From Bacteroidota bacterium (GTDB taxonomy: Bacteria; Bacteroidota; Bacteroidia; Bacteroidales; UBA10428): 35,563 nt of DNA. This document shows, piece after piece, positions 14,857 through 23,900 of the stretch (positions within the stretch are counted from its first letter, which is position 1; the number at the start of each line of letters is the position of its first letter). The notes below the pieces were generated by a model, which saw nothing but the letters and a program-made list of their open reading frames with translations, was not told where the DNA came from and searched no databases. A program made the translations under genes and the position numbers. The stretch covers positions 1 to 35,563 of the forward strand of contig JAJUGM010000001.1 of NCBI GenBank assembly GCA_029268165.1, read 5' to 3'.

Positions 14857-17664
14857 TTATTTGTAATTCTTAATTTCAAACATGTAATTACCTGAACCGG
14901 TTTCAATAATAATCCTGTCGCCTTTCTTTTCCTTTAAATTCAGATAGGTTGCTTCCGTAAGAGGGATGCCGTTTTCATAAACGCTTTCGATGCTTTTAGC
15001 CGGAATTTCAAACACTGCTGATGTATTGGCAGGTATGGTAATATGCATTTGTAATATGTCACCTTTTCTTTCCCAATATGATACAATTTTGCCATATATT
15101 GAGTGGTATTCTGCTTTGGCAAAAGTAAGCCGTTCGCTAATATATGGTTTAACAACAGTTTTTTTATATCCGGGTATTTCCGGGTCAGCCGTAATGCCTG
15201 CTACCATACTGTAGAGCCAGTTGCCCACTGCTCCGTAGGCATAATGATTAAATGAATTCATTCCGGCATCCTGAAAAGAACCATCAGGTTTTATTCCATC
15301 CCATCGCTCCCATATAGTTGTAGCACCCATGGTTACCGGATAAAGCCATGAAGGGTATTCTTTTCTGAACAGCAGGGTATATGCAAGTTCAGGATAACCG
15401 TTTTCAGTAAGAACCTGACATATAAGAGGAGTACCCAGAAATCCTGTGGTAATATGTTTAAACTGATTTACATCATTTGCAAGGCGTTGTGCAGCAATTG
15501 CCCTGAGGTTGTCAGGTATCAGTCCGAATGCCAATGCAAGAACATAAGCTGTCTGTGTATTTGAAGATAACCTTCCGTTGGGTGTGAGAAACTCATTTTG
15601 AAAAGCTTGTTTAATATTTTGTAATAATAATTTGTAATCTTCAGCATCGTGGTTCTTACCAATGATAACTGCAATTTTCTGTAGTAAACCTGTGGAGTAA
15701 TAAAAATAAGCTGTGGCAATAAGGTCTTTGTCGGTTGTTGCACCGGGATAATCTGATTGTGTTGTTGCAAATGCTAGCCAATCACCGAAATGAAAGCCTT
15801 GCTTAAAAAGGTAGGTACCGCCTGCCTGTTGTCTCATAAATTCAACCCAAGCTTTCATTGATTCATACTGCATTTCCAGAATTCTTTTATCACCATAAAT
15901 CCGGTAAATAGTCCATGGAATAATTACAGCTGCATCGGCCCAACCAGTAGCTCCATATCCGTCTGACCATCCGGTACCGCCTCCGCCTTTCACTACCATG
16001 GGCACTACCCATGGAACACTGCCATCAGAAAGCTGGTCGGCCGTAAAGTCTTTCATCCATTTTGAATAAAAGGCTGCAGCATCCATATTAAAGCAGGCTG
16101 TTGGCGCAAAAACCTGCGCATCACCTGTCCATCCCATACGTTCATCACGTTGCGGGCAGTCGGTGGGAACATCCAGGAAATTGCCCCTTAACCCCCACTG
16201 GATATTTTTTTGTAATCTGTTAACCAGCGAATCTGAACATTCAAAAGTGCCCGTTGGCCTCATGTCTGAATGTATTACCCTGCCTTCAAGGTCATTGATG
16301 GTTATTTCTCCGTTATATCCTTCTACTTTTATATACCTGAAACCATGGAAGGTAAAATGGGGTTCAAAGGTTTCAGTACCTTCGCCTTTAAAAATATAAA
16401 CATCCTCAGCACGGGCAGCCCTTAAATTTTCTGTATAAAAATTGCCATTTTTATCGAGCACTTCGGCATGTTTGAGCGTAATTGAAGTGCCAGCATCACC
16501 TTTCAGGCTAAACCTAACCCATCCGACAATATTCTGCCCTAGGTCGAAGACAATTTCTCCTTTGGGAGTGATAATTTTCCTTACTGGCTTAATGGTTTGT
16601 GTTATGCGCACCGGAATTCCCTCAGAGGCAACAAGAATACTCTTATCATCATTTTTAACAATAACGCCTTTCCACATTTTGTCATTAAAGCCTGGTTTAT
16701 CCCATCCTTCAGGCTCAAGACGTGCATCGTATGTTTCTCCGTTATAGATGTCTGATTTGATAATGGCACCTGTTGAACATTTCCAACTGGCATCTGAAAT
16801 GATGGTTTCAGTGGTTCCGTCTGTATATTTTATCTTAAGCTGCAATAACAGGGCAGTTTTATTTCCATAAAGATTTTTTTTGCCTTCCCATCCAAAGTAA
16901 CCTCGGTACCAGCCATCACCAAGTATAACACCAATGGCGTTTTTACCGGTTGTTAAGTTCCCTGTAACATCATATACCTGGTATTGTAATCTTTTATGGT
17001 AGCTTGTCCAGCCAGGCGTAAATAATTCATTGGTGGCTTTTTCCCCGTTGAGATTTATCTGATATAACCCATGTGATGTGATATAAAGCCTTGCTGATAC
17101 TATTTTTTTCTTAAGAATAAATTCTTTTCTCAGGTATGGGCATGGATTTGAAACCGAAGGATCCTCATCAATATCAGGTTCAATCCATAAGGCTTTCCAG
17201 TCAGACGGACTTAACAAGCCGGTTTCAAAAAAGACAGGTTCACTCCAATTAGATTCATTGCCCTTGTTATCCCATATCTTAACCTGCCAGTAAATGCGCC
17301 GCGCTGATTCTATGCCACTACCCGAATATTCTATATGGACAGACTGGTCAGAAGTTATTTTTCCGCTGTTCCAGCAAAGGTTTTTGTTCGTTTGCAAATC
17401 ATCTATAGCATAGGCAGCCTTTATAAAATATGCTGTCTGATAAACATTGCGCTGAGATGAAATCACTTCCCAGCTAAGGCGTGGTTTTTTGACATCAATA
17501 CCCAGCGGATTGGTTTTGTATTCGGTTCGCAGATTGACAACTCCAAGTTGCATTAAAGACGAATTAACTTGAGCAGAAACATGTTGTGTCAGGATATGAA
17601 TTGCTATTAAAGCACTTGGGAAGAATTTGACAAAGTTTACATCTCCATAGTCTGATTTCATCAT
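14857..17664 (-). CDS. Glycoside hydrolase family 78 alpha-L-rhamnosidase
   Basis: 935 aa. N-terminal rhamnosidase motifs: PRLSWEV, RIYWQVKIWD. The six-hairpin catalytic domain carries the hallmark VPTDCPQRDERMGWTGDAQVF. The stop lies 26 bp upstream of the GH127 start, so the two are probably co-transcribed. Confidence 0.9.
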   Translation of the reverse strand: MMKSDYGDVNFVKFFPSALIAIHILTQHVSAQVNSSLMQLGVVNLRTEYKTNPLGIDVKKPRLSWEVISSQRNVYQTAYFIKAAYAIDDLQTNKNLCWNSGKITSDQSVHIEYSGSGIESARRIYWQVKIWDNKGNESNWSEPVFFETGLLSPSDWKALWIEPDIDEDPSVSNPCPYLRKEFILKKKIVSARLYITSHGLYQINLNGEKATNELFTPGWTSYHKRLQYQVYDVTGNLTTGKNAIGVILGDGWYRGYFGWEGKKNLYGNKTALLLQLKIKYTDGTTETIISDASWKCSTGAIIKSDIYNGETYDARLEPEGWDKPGFNDKMWKGVIVKNDDKSILVASEGIPVRITQTIKPVRKIITPKGEIVFDLGQNIVGWVRFSLKGDAGTSITLKHAEVLDKNGNFYTENLRAARAEDVYIFKGEGTETFEPHFTFHGFRYIKVEGYNGEITINDLEGRVIHSDMRPTGTFECSDSLVNRLQKNIQWGLRGNFLDVPTDCPQRDERMGWTGDAQVFAPTACFNMDAAAFYSKWMKDFTADQLSDGSVPWVVPMVVKGGGGTGWSDGYGATGWADAAVIIPWTIYRIYGDKRILEMQYESMKAWVEFMRQQAGGTYLFKQGFHFGDWLAFATTQSDYPGATTDKDLIATAYFYYSTGLLQKIAVIIGKNHDAEDYKLLLQNIKQAFQNEFLTPNGRLSSNTQTAYVLALAFGLIPDNLRAIAAQRLANDVNQFKHITTGFLGTPLICQVLTENGYPELAYTLLFRKEYPSWLYPVTMGATTIWERWDGIKPDGSFQDAGMNSFNHYAYGAVGNWLYSMVAGITADPEIPGYKKTVVKPYISERLTFAKAEYHSIYGKIVSYWERKGDILQMHITIPANTSAVFEIPAKSIESVYENGIPLTEATYLNLKEKKGDRIIIETGSGNYMFEIKNYK

Positions 17665-17694
17665 AATACTATCTGTTTTTAAAGGTATGATAGC

Positions 17695-17710
17695 CCCGAA
17701 AGCTTTCGGG
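17695..17710 (-). terminator. Perfect 16-bp GC-rich palindrome; candidate terminator after the AraC-family gene or an operator/5'-UTR hairpin of the GH78 gene
   Basis: CCCGAAAGCTTTCGGG is its own reverse complement and stands out in AT-rich DNA. It lies 107 nt downstream of the AraC stop and 31 nt upstream of the GH78 start. No clear U-tract follows it on the minus strand. Confidence 0.35.
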
Positions 17711-17816
17711 ATAATATGTTGCTGAATTTATTATAATAATATCTGGGTCTTTCGTAACGTAGGAGTTTCATAACAATATTTTAAGCTTTTATTCCGACGT
17801 AAAAATACTAATTTGT

Positions 17817-18689
17817 TTATAAAACCTGTCTTATCCCTGAAAAGTTATGTCTGAATGCCGATGGCGAACATCCTTTTTTCTTTTTAAATATACGGTTAAA
17901 ATAAGACTGATTACTGAAGCCACTCTCAAAAGCAATCTCGGCAATGCTTTTTTGGGTATCAATCAGTAAACGGCTGGCATAACCAAGCCGGTATTCATGT
18001 ATGATTTCAATAAAAGTACGGCCGGTTTTCTTTTTAATCATGCGGCAGCATGATACAGGTGTAGTGTTAATCAGTTGGGCCACATCCTGTAATCTTATCT
18101 TTTCGTGTATATGTTTAATCATAAACTGCTGGATTATTGTAATTTTATCATTAGAATATACTTTCCCCTTTTCATGTTGCATGTCCGATAATAGTATGTA
18201 TTTCTTATCTGCTGATAATTCGAACAATATTCCTAAAAATTCAAGAAAAGCATAATGGCCTTTGAGCGTCGACAAGTTTTCAAGTTTTCGCTTTACCTTT
18301 AAAATTGAATCAGTGGAAAAAGATATACCTCTTTGTGAAAGCTGTAACATAGTTTTAAAATTATGCATTGCCTGCCTGTTAAGTAAACTGCTGTGAAACA
18401 AACCATCGTGGAATAATATGGTTATTTCATGCATATTTTCGTTTTTACAATTGCCTTGTTCCCAGCAATGAATCAGATTAGGTCCTACAAGTACCAGTTC
18501 ATATTCTCCCACCTCGCCGATATGATCACCTACAATTCTCTTTGCTCCTTTTGCATTTTGAATATAATTCAGCTCATATTCAGGATGAAAATGAACAGGA
18601 AAATCAAACTTTTTCTTTTTCCGGTCAAAAACTGCAAAACAATCTTCGCCTGAAAGCGGTGTAATTTGGCAGTTGATATTTTTGTTCAT
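17817..18689 (-). CDS. AraC/XylS-family transcriptional regulator with an N-terminal cupin-like sensor domain
   Basis: 290 aa. The N-terminal region is cupin-like (FPVHFHPEYELNYI, YELVLVGPNLIHCW). The C-terminal dual helix-turn-helix is AraC-type (LQDVAQLINTTPVSCCRMIKKKTGRTFIEIIHEYRLGYASRLLIDTQKSIAEIAFESGFSNQSYFNRIFKKKKGCSPSAFR). Confidence 0.85.
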   Translation of the reverse strand: MNKNINCQITPLSGEDCFAVFDRKKKKFDFPVHFHPEYELNYIQNAKGAKRIVGDHIGEVGEYELVLVGPNLIHCWEQGNCKNENMHEITILFHDGLFHSSLLNRQAMHNFKTMLQLSQRGISFSTDSILKVKRKLENLSTLKGHYAFLEFLGILFELSADKKYILLSDMQHEKGKVYSNDKITIIQQFMIKHIHEKIRLQDVAQLINTTPVSCCRMIKKKTGRTFIEIIHEYRLGYASRLLIDTQKSIAEIAFESGFSNQSYFNRIFKKKKGCSPSAFRHNFSGIRQVL

Positions 18690-18763
18690 AAGTTACAATA
18701 GAAAATGATAAAATAGTACAAATCTATGATTATATAATATTGTTTTTCAATAGGTGAAAAAAT

Positions 18764-18771
18764 TAATTTTG
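18764..18771 (+). promoter_or_regulatory. Match to the Bacteroidetes -7 promoter consensus TAnnTTTG upstream of the esterase gene
   Basis: TAATTTTG sits on the plus strand in the AraC/esterase divergent region, about 115 nt upstream of ATG 18887. The motif is short and the DNA is AT-rich, so specificity is low. Confidence 0.25.
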
Positions 18772-18886
18772 GATTGAAATGAAATGATAAATTTTTATTA
18801 TACAATTAGATAATAAATCTGGTAAAATTCAGAATAAAAAAACTAAACTGAAAATATTGTACAAAAATTATTGTAAATTTCTGATT

Positions 18887-20932
18887 ATGAACTGTATTAA
18901 CGATGTAAAATTATTTCGTGCCTTATTCAGGGTATTTTTACTGATGCTTTGGTTTGATTGCCCTGTACTTTTATGCAATGGTATGACTGATAATGTTTCT
19001 TTTGATACATCACGGATTTATCATGTAATGGCAAAAGCACGCCGGGGCGAACCTGTAACTATAGCTGCCATCGGGGGTTCAATAACGGCAGGCTCTCTTG
19101 CTTCGACCGAGAACAAAAGATGGATAAATATTGTCACGGCCTGGTGGCGCAATCGGTTTCCTGCATCCGCTATCACACTGGTAAATGCCGGTATTGGAGG
19201 AACGGGTTCTGATATAGGGACATTCAGGGTTAAAAATGATATTCTGTCAAAGGTTCCGGATTTTGTGATTATTGAATTTTCTGTAAATGACAGCGGTAAA
19301 GACAGTACCTATGTAATAAAAATGACTGAAGGGCTTGTAAGGCAATTATTACAAGATACTAATAAGATTGGGGTAATGTTTCTGATGTTGAAGATGGAAA
19401 ATGGAGGTACTGCTCAGGCTGACCATAAAGTGGTTGCTAATTATTATGGCATTCCATGGGTGAGTCAGGCTGACCTTATTGATGCTGCAGTAACTGCAGA
19501 CGGTCGTACACTAAGGGAAGTATACGGCGATAACCCCGGCATACATCCCAATGATTTAGGGATGCAGTATATAGCCGATTTTATTAATGAAAAACTCGAC
19601 AGTATATATAACCATCTACCTTCTGACGAAAACTTACCTGAAATTCCTGCTGCTATTCCCGAACCGTTAATTACTGATATCTATGCTGAGACATACACTT
19701 TCAAGGCATCGACCATTATACCTAACGAGAATTCAGGATGGGAAATTAGTTCATTTGACTGGAGTTCTCTTACCCCGGGGTCAGAACTTGTTTTTACCAT
19801 AGATGGAAATGCTGTCGCTGTTGAGTATTCAAGGCATAACGCAACAAACAGAGGCAGGGTGGAAATATGGGTTGATGAAGGGCCTCATAAAATACTTGAT
19901 GCATACTGGACAGAAACATGGGGGCCTGCACGGGTTTTTGAACTTATTGCAGAAAATCTTACAGATGGCGAGCATACCCTCCACATTAAAGTCCTTAATG
20001 AACACAACCCGTTAAGTAATGGTAATTATTTTCAATTGCTATCTGTAATGAAAGCCGGAAATATTACAATGGCCCGTCCAATTGCTGTACCCGGCAAAAC
20101 AAAAAAAATGATAATAGCAACTTCACTGATCCTTGATGGCAGTGGAAGTTACGACCCTGATGGCGATACAATTACTGCATATCAGTGGTCGATTGTAAAT
20201 GCCCCTGTGGGAAGCAATGCAAGCCTTGAAAATGAAAATATGATGCTGGCCACCTTTACCCCCGATATTGAAGGAATATACACCCTAGGGCTTATTGTTA
20301 TGTCAGCATCACAAAACAGCGTTATGCGAAAGCTTTCAGTACATGTTGTTAGTTCAAATACAGTCCCCGTTGCCAATGCAGGTTATGATTTTAATACGGC
20401 CACAGGGAAAAAATGTTTTCTTAATAGTACCGGAAGTTATGATGCAGATAACGATTCTTTGTTATATAACTGGTTATTGGTTTCGAAACCTGTTAACAGC
20501 AAATCCTATTTGCTTAAAGCAAGTACCACTGCTCCGTATTTTACTCCGGATGTTGAGGGAGAATATGTAATAATACTAACAGTAAATGACAGTATTACCA
20601 GCAGCTCACCGGATACAGTAATTGTAAATGCAATTGATGGTTACTCAAAAATCAGCAATTCAGAAAATGAAAAGGATGGATTTTCTGTTTTCCCCAATCC
20701 CGCGCCTGATATTATTACCGTTCAGTATAAACTTGAAACTAAAATGCCTGTCAGGTTAACCATTTATTCAGCTGAAGGGCGCATGCTTGCTGAATTTTTT
20801 AATGGCTTTCAGGATGCGGGATTACATATTTTGACCATCAACCTGAATCAGTTTGTTCAGTCTAAAGCTTTATTAATGCTTTGTTTAGAAAAAGGGTTCA
20901 TAAGCAAAATTCAACCAATAATAAAAATCTGA
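18887..20932 (+). CDS. Secreted SGNH/GDSL-family esterase (possible pectin or rhamnogalacturonan acetylesterase) with a beta-sandwich module, two PKD-like repeats and a T9SS sorting domain
   Basis: SGNH blocks: IAAIGGSITAGS (Ser), NAGIGGTG (Gly), IIEFSVNDS (Asn), GIHPNDLG (His). Two internally similar repeats are present: LDGSGSYDPDGDTITAYQWSIVNAP...FTPDIEGIYTLGLIV and LNSTGSYDADNDSLLYNWLLVSKP...FTPDVEGEYVIILTV. The T9SS C-terminal domain spans 20681-20929 (FSVFPNPAPDIITVQYKL...). The ORF track starts at TTG 18857, but ATG 18887 (MNCINDVKLFRALFRVFLLML) is preferred. Confidence 0.75.
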   Translation: MNCINDVKLFRALFRVFLLMLWFDCPVLLCNGMTDNVSFDTSRIYHVMAKARRGEPVTIAAIGGSITAGSLASTENKRWINIVTAWWRNRFPASAITLVNAGIGGTGSDIGTFRVKNDILSKVPDFVIIEFSVNDSGKDSTYVIKMTEGLVRQLLQDTNKIGVMFLMLKMENGGTAQADHKVVANYYGIPWVSQADLIDAAVTADGRTLREVYGDNPGIHPNDLGMQYIADFINEKLDSIYNHLPSDENLPEIPAAIPEPLITDIYAETYTFKASTIIPNENSGWEISSFDWSSLTPGSELVFTIDGNAVAVEYSRHNATNRGRVEIWVDEGPHKILDAYWTETWGPARVFELIAENLTDGEHTLHIKVLNEHNPLSNGNYFQLLSVMKAGNITMARPIAVPGKTKKMIIATSLILDGSGSYDPDGDTITAYQWSIVNAPVGSNASLENENMMLATFTPDIEGIYTLGLIVMSASQNSVMRKLSVHVVSSNTVPVANAGYDFNTATGKKCFLNSTGSYDADNDSLLYNWLLVSKPVNSKSYLLKASTTAPYFTPDVEGEYVIILTVNDSITSSSPDTVIVNAIDGYSKISNSENEKDGFSVFPNPAPDIITVQYKLETKMPVRLTIYSAEGRMLAEFFNGFQDAGLHILTINLNQFVQSKALLMLCLEKGFISKIQPIIKI

Positions 20933-20979
20933 TGTTTTTCTCCTTTTTGGGCAACAATATTTAGGGTTTTTTCTATGAA

Positions 20980-23900
20980 TCAGGCTTGCCTTCGTGCACT
21001 TTCAACTTTTTTATATTCAGCAGGTGTCATACCAAACATGTGCTTAAAGCATTTGCTGAAATATTTTACATCATTAAACCCAGTCATAAATGCTGTTTCA
21101 GAAACACCTCTGCCTCCTTTTACCAGAATTTCCGAGGCTATTTTTAATCGGGCCTGGCGCAAAAAATCGACCGGAGATAGCCCTGTCAGGCCTTTCAATT
21201 TGTTATAAAACACTGTTCTACTATATGCCGATAATTCGACCATCTTTTCAACATTAAACGATGGATCGGCATAGTGTTTTTCAATAATACCCATAATGTT
21301 GTGAAGAAATTCTTCATCCCGCGGAGTAATTTTAATTTCATCAAATTGAACAGGACTTTTATCCCGGTATTTTCTGATGATATTCTCACGTTGTTTTATC
21401 AGGTTTTTGACAACTGTATTCAGATAAATGGAATTAAACGGTTTAAGAATATAAGCTTCGGCCCCTGATTCAATACCTATTATCTGATCTTCAATGGCCG
21501 ATTTGGCTGTTAACATTACGACAGGGATATGTGAGGTTTCAAAGTTTTCTTTGATTCTTTTTGTCATTTCAATGCCATCCATCTGAGGCATCATAATGTC
21601 GGTTATAATTATGTCGGGATGAAATTCCTGCAGACAAGCCAGAGCCTCTGAACCATTTTTAGCAGTTTTGATTTCAAAGTAGGTTTCAAATATGTTTCTG
21701 ACGTAAATAATGATTTCAATATTATCCTCCACTACAAGCATTTTGGGTTTTGCATTATCATTTCCTGAATATATCTGAGCCGATTCCGTATCGAAATCTG
21801 CATTTTCAATAGGTAAAATGTGCTTTACATCACTTGTATCATTTTCTACTTTAAATTCGTCAGCTGCATAGTGATCTTTACCCAGCCTTGTTCGTATGGT
21901 AAATACTGAACCTTTTCCGGGCTCACTCTGCACAAGTATCTCTCCCTTATGCAGCTTCATAATTTCATAAGAAAGATTTAACCCAATACCGGTGCCGTCA
22001 AGCGATCCATGATTAACAGAAAGAGGTGTAAAACGCTGAAACAGAATATCCAGTTTATCTTTTGGAATACCAGGCCCCTGGTCACTGACCACAATATCTA
22101 CAAATTTTTCGTTATAAGGCTGTATTTTTACTGTTATTTTTTTCTCTTCTTTGGTATATTTAAATGCATTTGACAAAACATTAAAAATAACCGAGTCAAA
22201 TTTTTTAGTATCCACAAATACTTTTACGTTTTCCCCATTATGAGAAAATCTGAAGTCAATCCGCTTTTGCCTTGCAATGGGATGAAAATGAGCACATATC
22301 TCTTCAACGAATTGAACCAGATCAACTTCTTCAACATTTAACTTCATTTTACTTTTCTGCACCTTACGGAATTCTAACAATTGATTGATTAGGCGCAACA
22401 TTCTTTTCCCGTTACGTTCGATGATGTTTATGCGTTCATTGACAAATGCAGGAAGGCTTTTTATTGTTTTGATATCTTCAATAGGGCCGAGTATTAATGT
22501 CAATGGAGTACGTATTTCATGCGAAATATTCGTAAAAAATTGTAGTTTAATATCATTAATCCGTCGTTCAACCTTCAGGTCATTTTGTAGTTTATAATAA
22601 TTAAGAAACAATTTCCGGGAAATAAGTAAAAGTAAAATAATAATTAATCCTGAAATAATATTAGATGTTGTGGTTTTCCACCAAGGCGGCCTGATAATGA
22701 TATGTAACGTGCGGGGTGAATCATTCCATGTTCCGTCCCAACTTGCGGCTTTTACCATAAATATGTATTTACCGGGAGACAGATTTGTATAGGTTGCTTT
22801 TGTCTGGCTTCCTATTTCGTTCCAGGTTTCTTCAAAGTTTTTTAGGATAAATTTATATTGATTCTGGTTGGGTGCAAAATAACTGAGAGCAGCATATTCT
22901 ATGCTGAAACTCGACTGATTATAATTAAGTATAATGGTGTCGAGTGTTGAAATATGTGCTTTAATAGGGGCTTCAGGGTCACGAAAATCAACAGGTCTGT
23001 TAAATAACTGGAAGTTGGTGAAGACAAGGGGAGGTGTGTAATTGGCATTTATAATCTGGTCGGGGTTTATAACCAGGGTGCCATTAATGCTGCCAAAAAG
23101 CAGTTTGCCATCCCTAAGCTTGCAACAGGTATTTTCATTAAAATTATCCGAATAAAGTCCGCTGTTAACATTATAATTTTTAAATGTGTTGTTTATGAGA
23201 TTAATGGTTGAGATACCTTTTTCGGTGCTCACCCATATTGTGCCTTTGGCATCTTCAAGAATGGCAAATACGGCATCATTGCTCAATCCTTCGCGTTGCC
23301 TGAAGTGACTGAAAATGGCTGATACAGCATTCAGGCTGGTAAGCTGATTGAGCCCGCCCCCGAAAGTCCCAAACCAAAGGCGGTTATGAGCATCTTCATA
23401 AATATGAATGATATCATTATAACTTATGCTATTAATGTTCTGAGGATCAAATAAAAATGTTCTGAAAAGCAGTGAATCGTTATCAGATGGGTATTTTTCC
23501 ATAAGATTAAGTCCAAATGTTGTTGCAATCCATAAGCGGCTGTGTGAGTCTTCAAAAAGAAAACGCACATGATCATTTGATAAATTACTGTTTTCTGTAT
23601 TAATCCTGTAACATTTCAGTTCGTTTTGTGTCCGGGCAATAACTTTATTGATGCCACCCCCGTATGTGCCAATCCAGATATTGTTTTTTGAATCCTGAAT
23701 GATGGAATACACAAAATTATTGCTTAACGAATATGTATTATCAGCATTATGCTGATAAATATAAAATTGCAGATTATTGTATCCGGTACCATTATTGCCC
23801 AAAGGTGCAGTACTTACCAGTACACCTCCGCCTTTGGTTCCCATCCATAAATATCCCTGGTTGTCTTGCATCATTGTGTACACATTATATGCCAGCACCT

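Noticed and set aside
18690-18886. Direct repeats in the AraC/esterase divergent region: AAATGATAAA at 18703 and 18782, and TATTGTA at 18855 and 18869.
   Set aside because: The region is extremely AT-rich, where short A/T repeats arise by chance. I did not see matching copies in the other intergenic regions I read.
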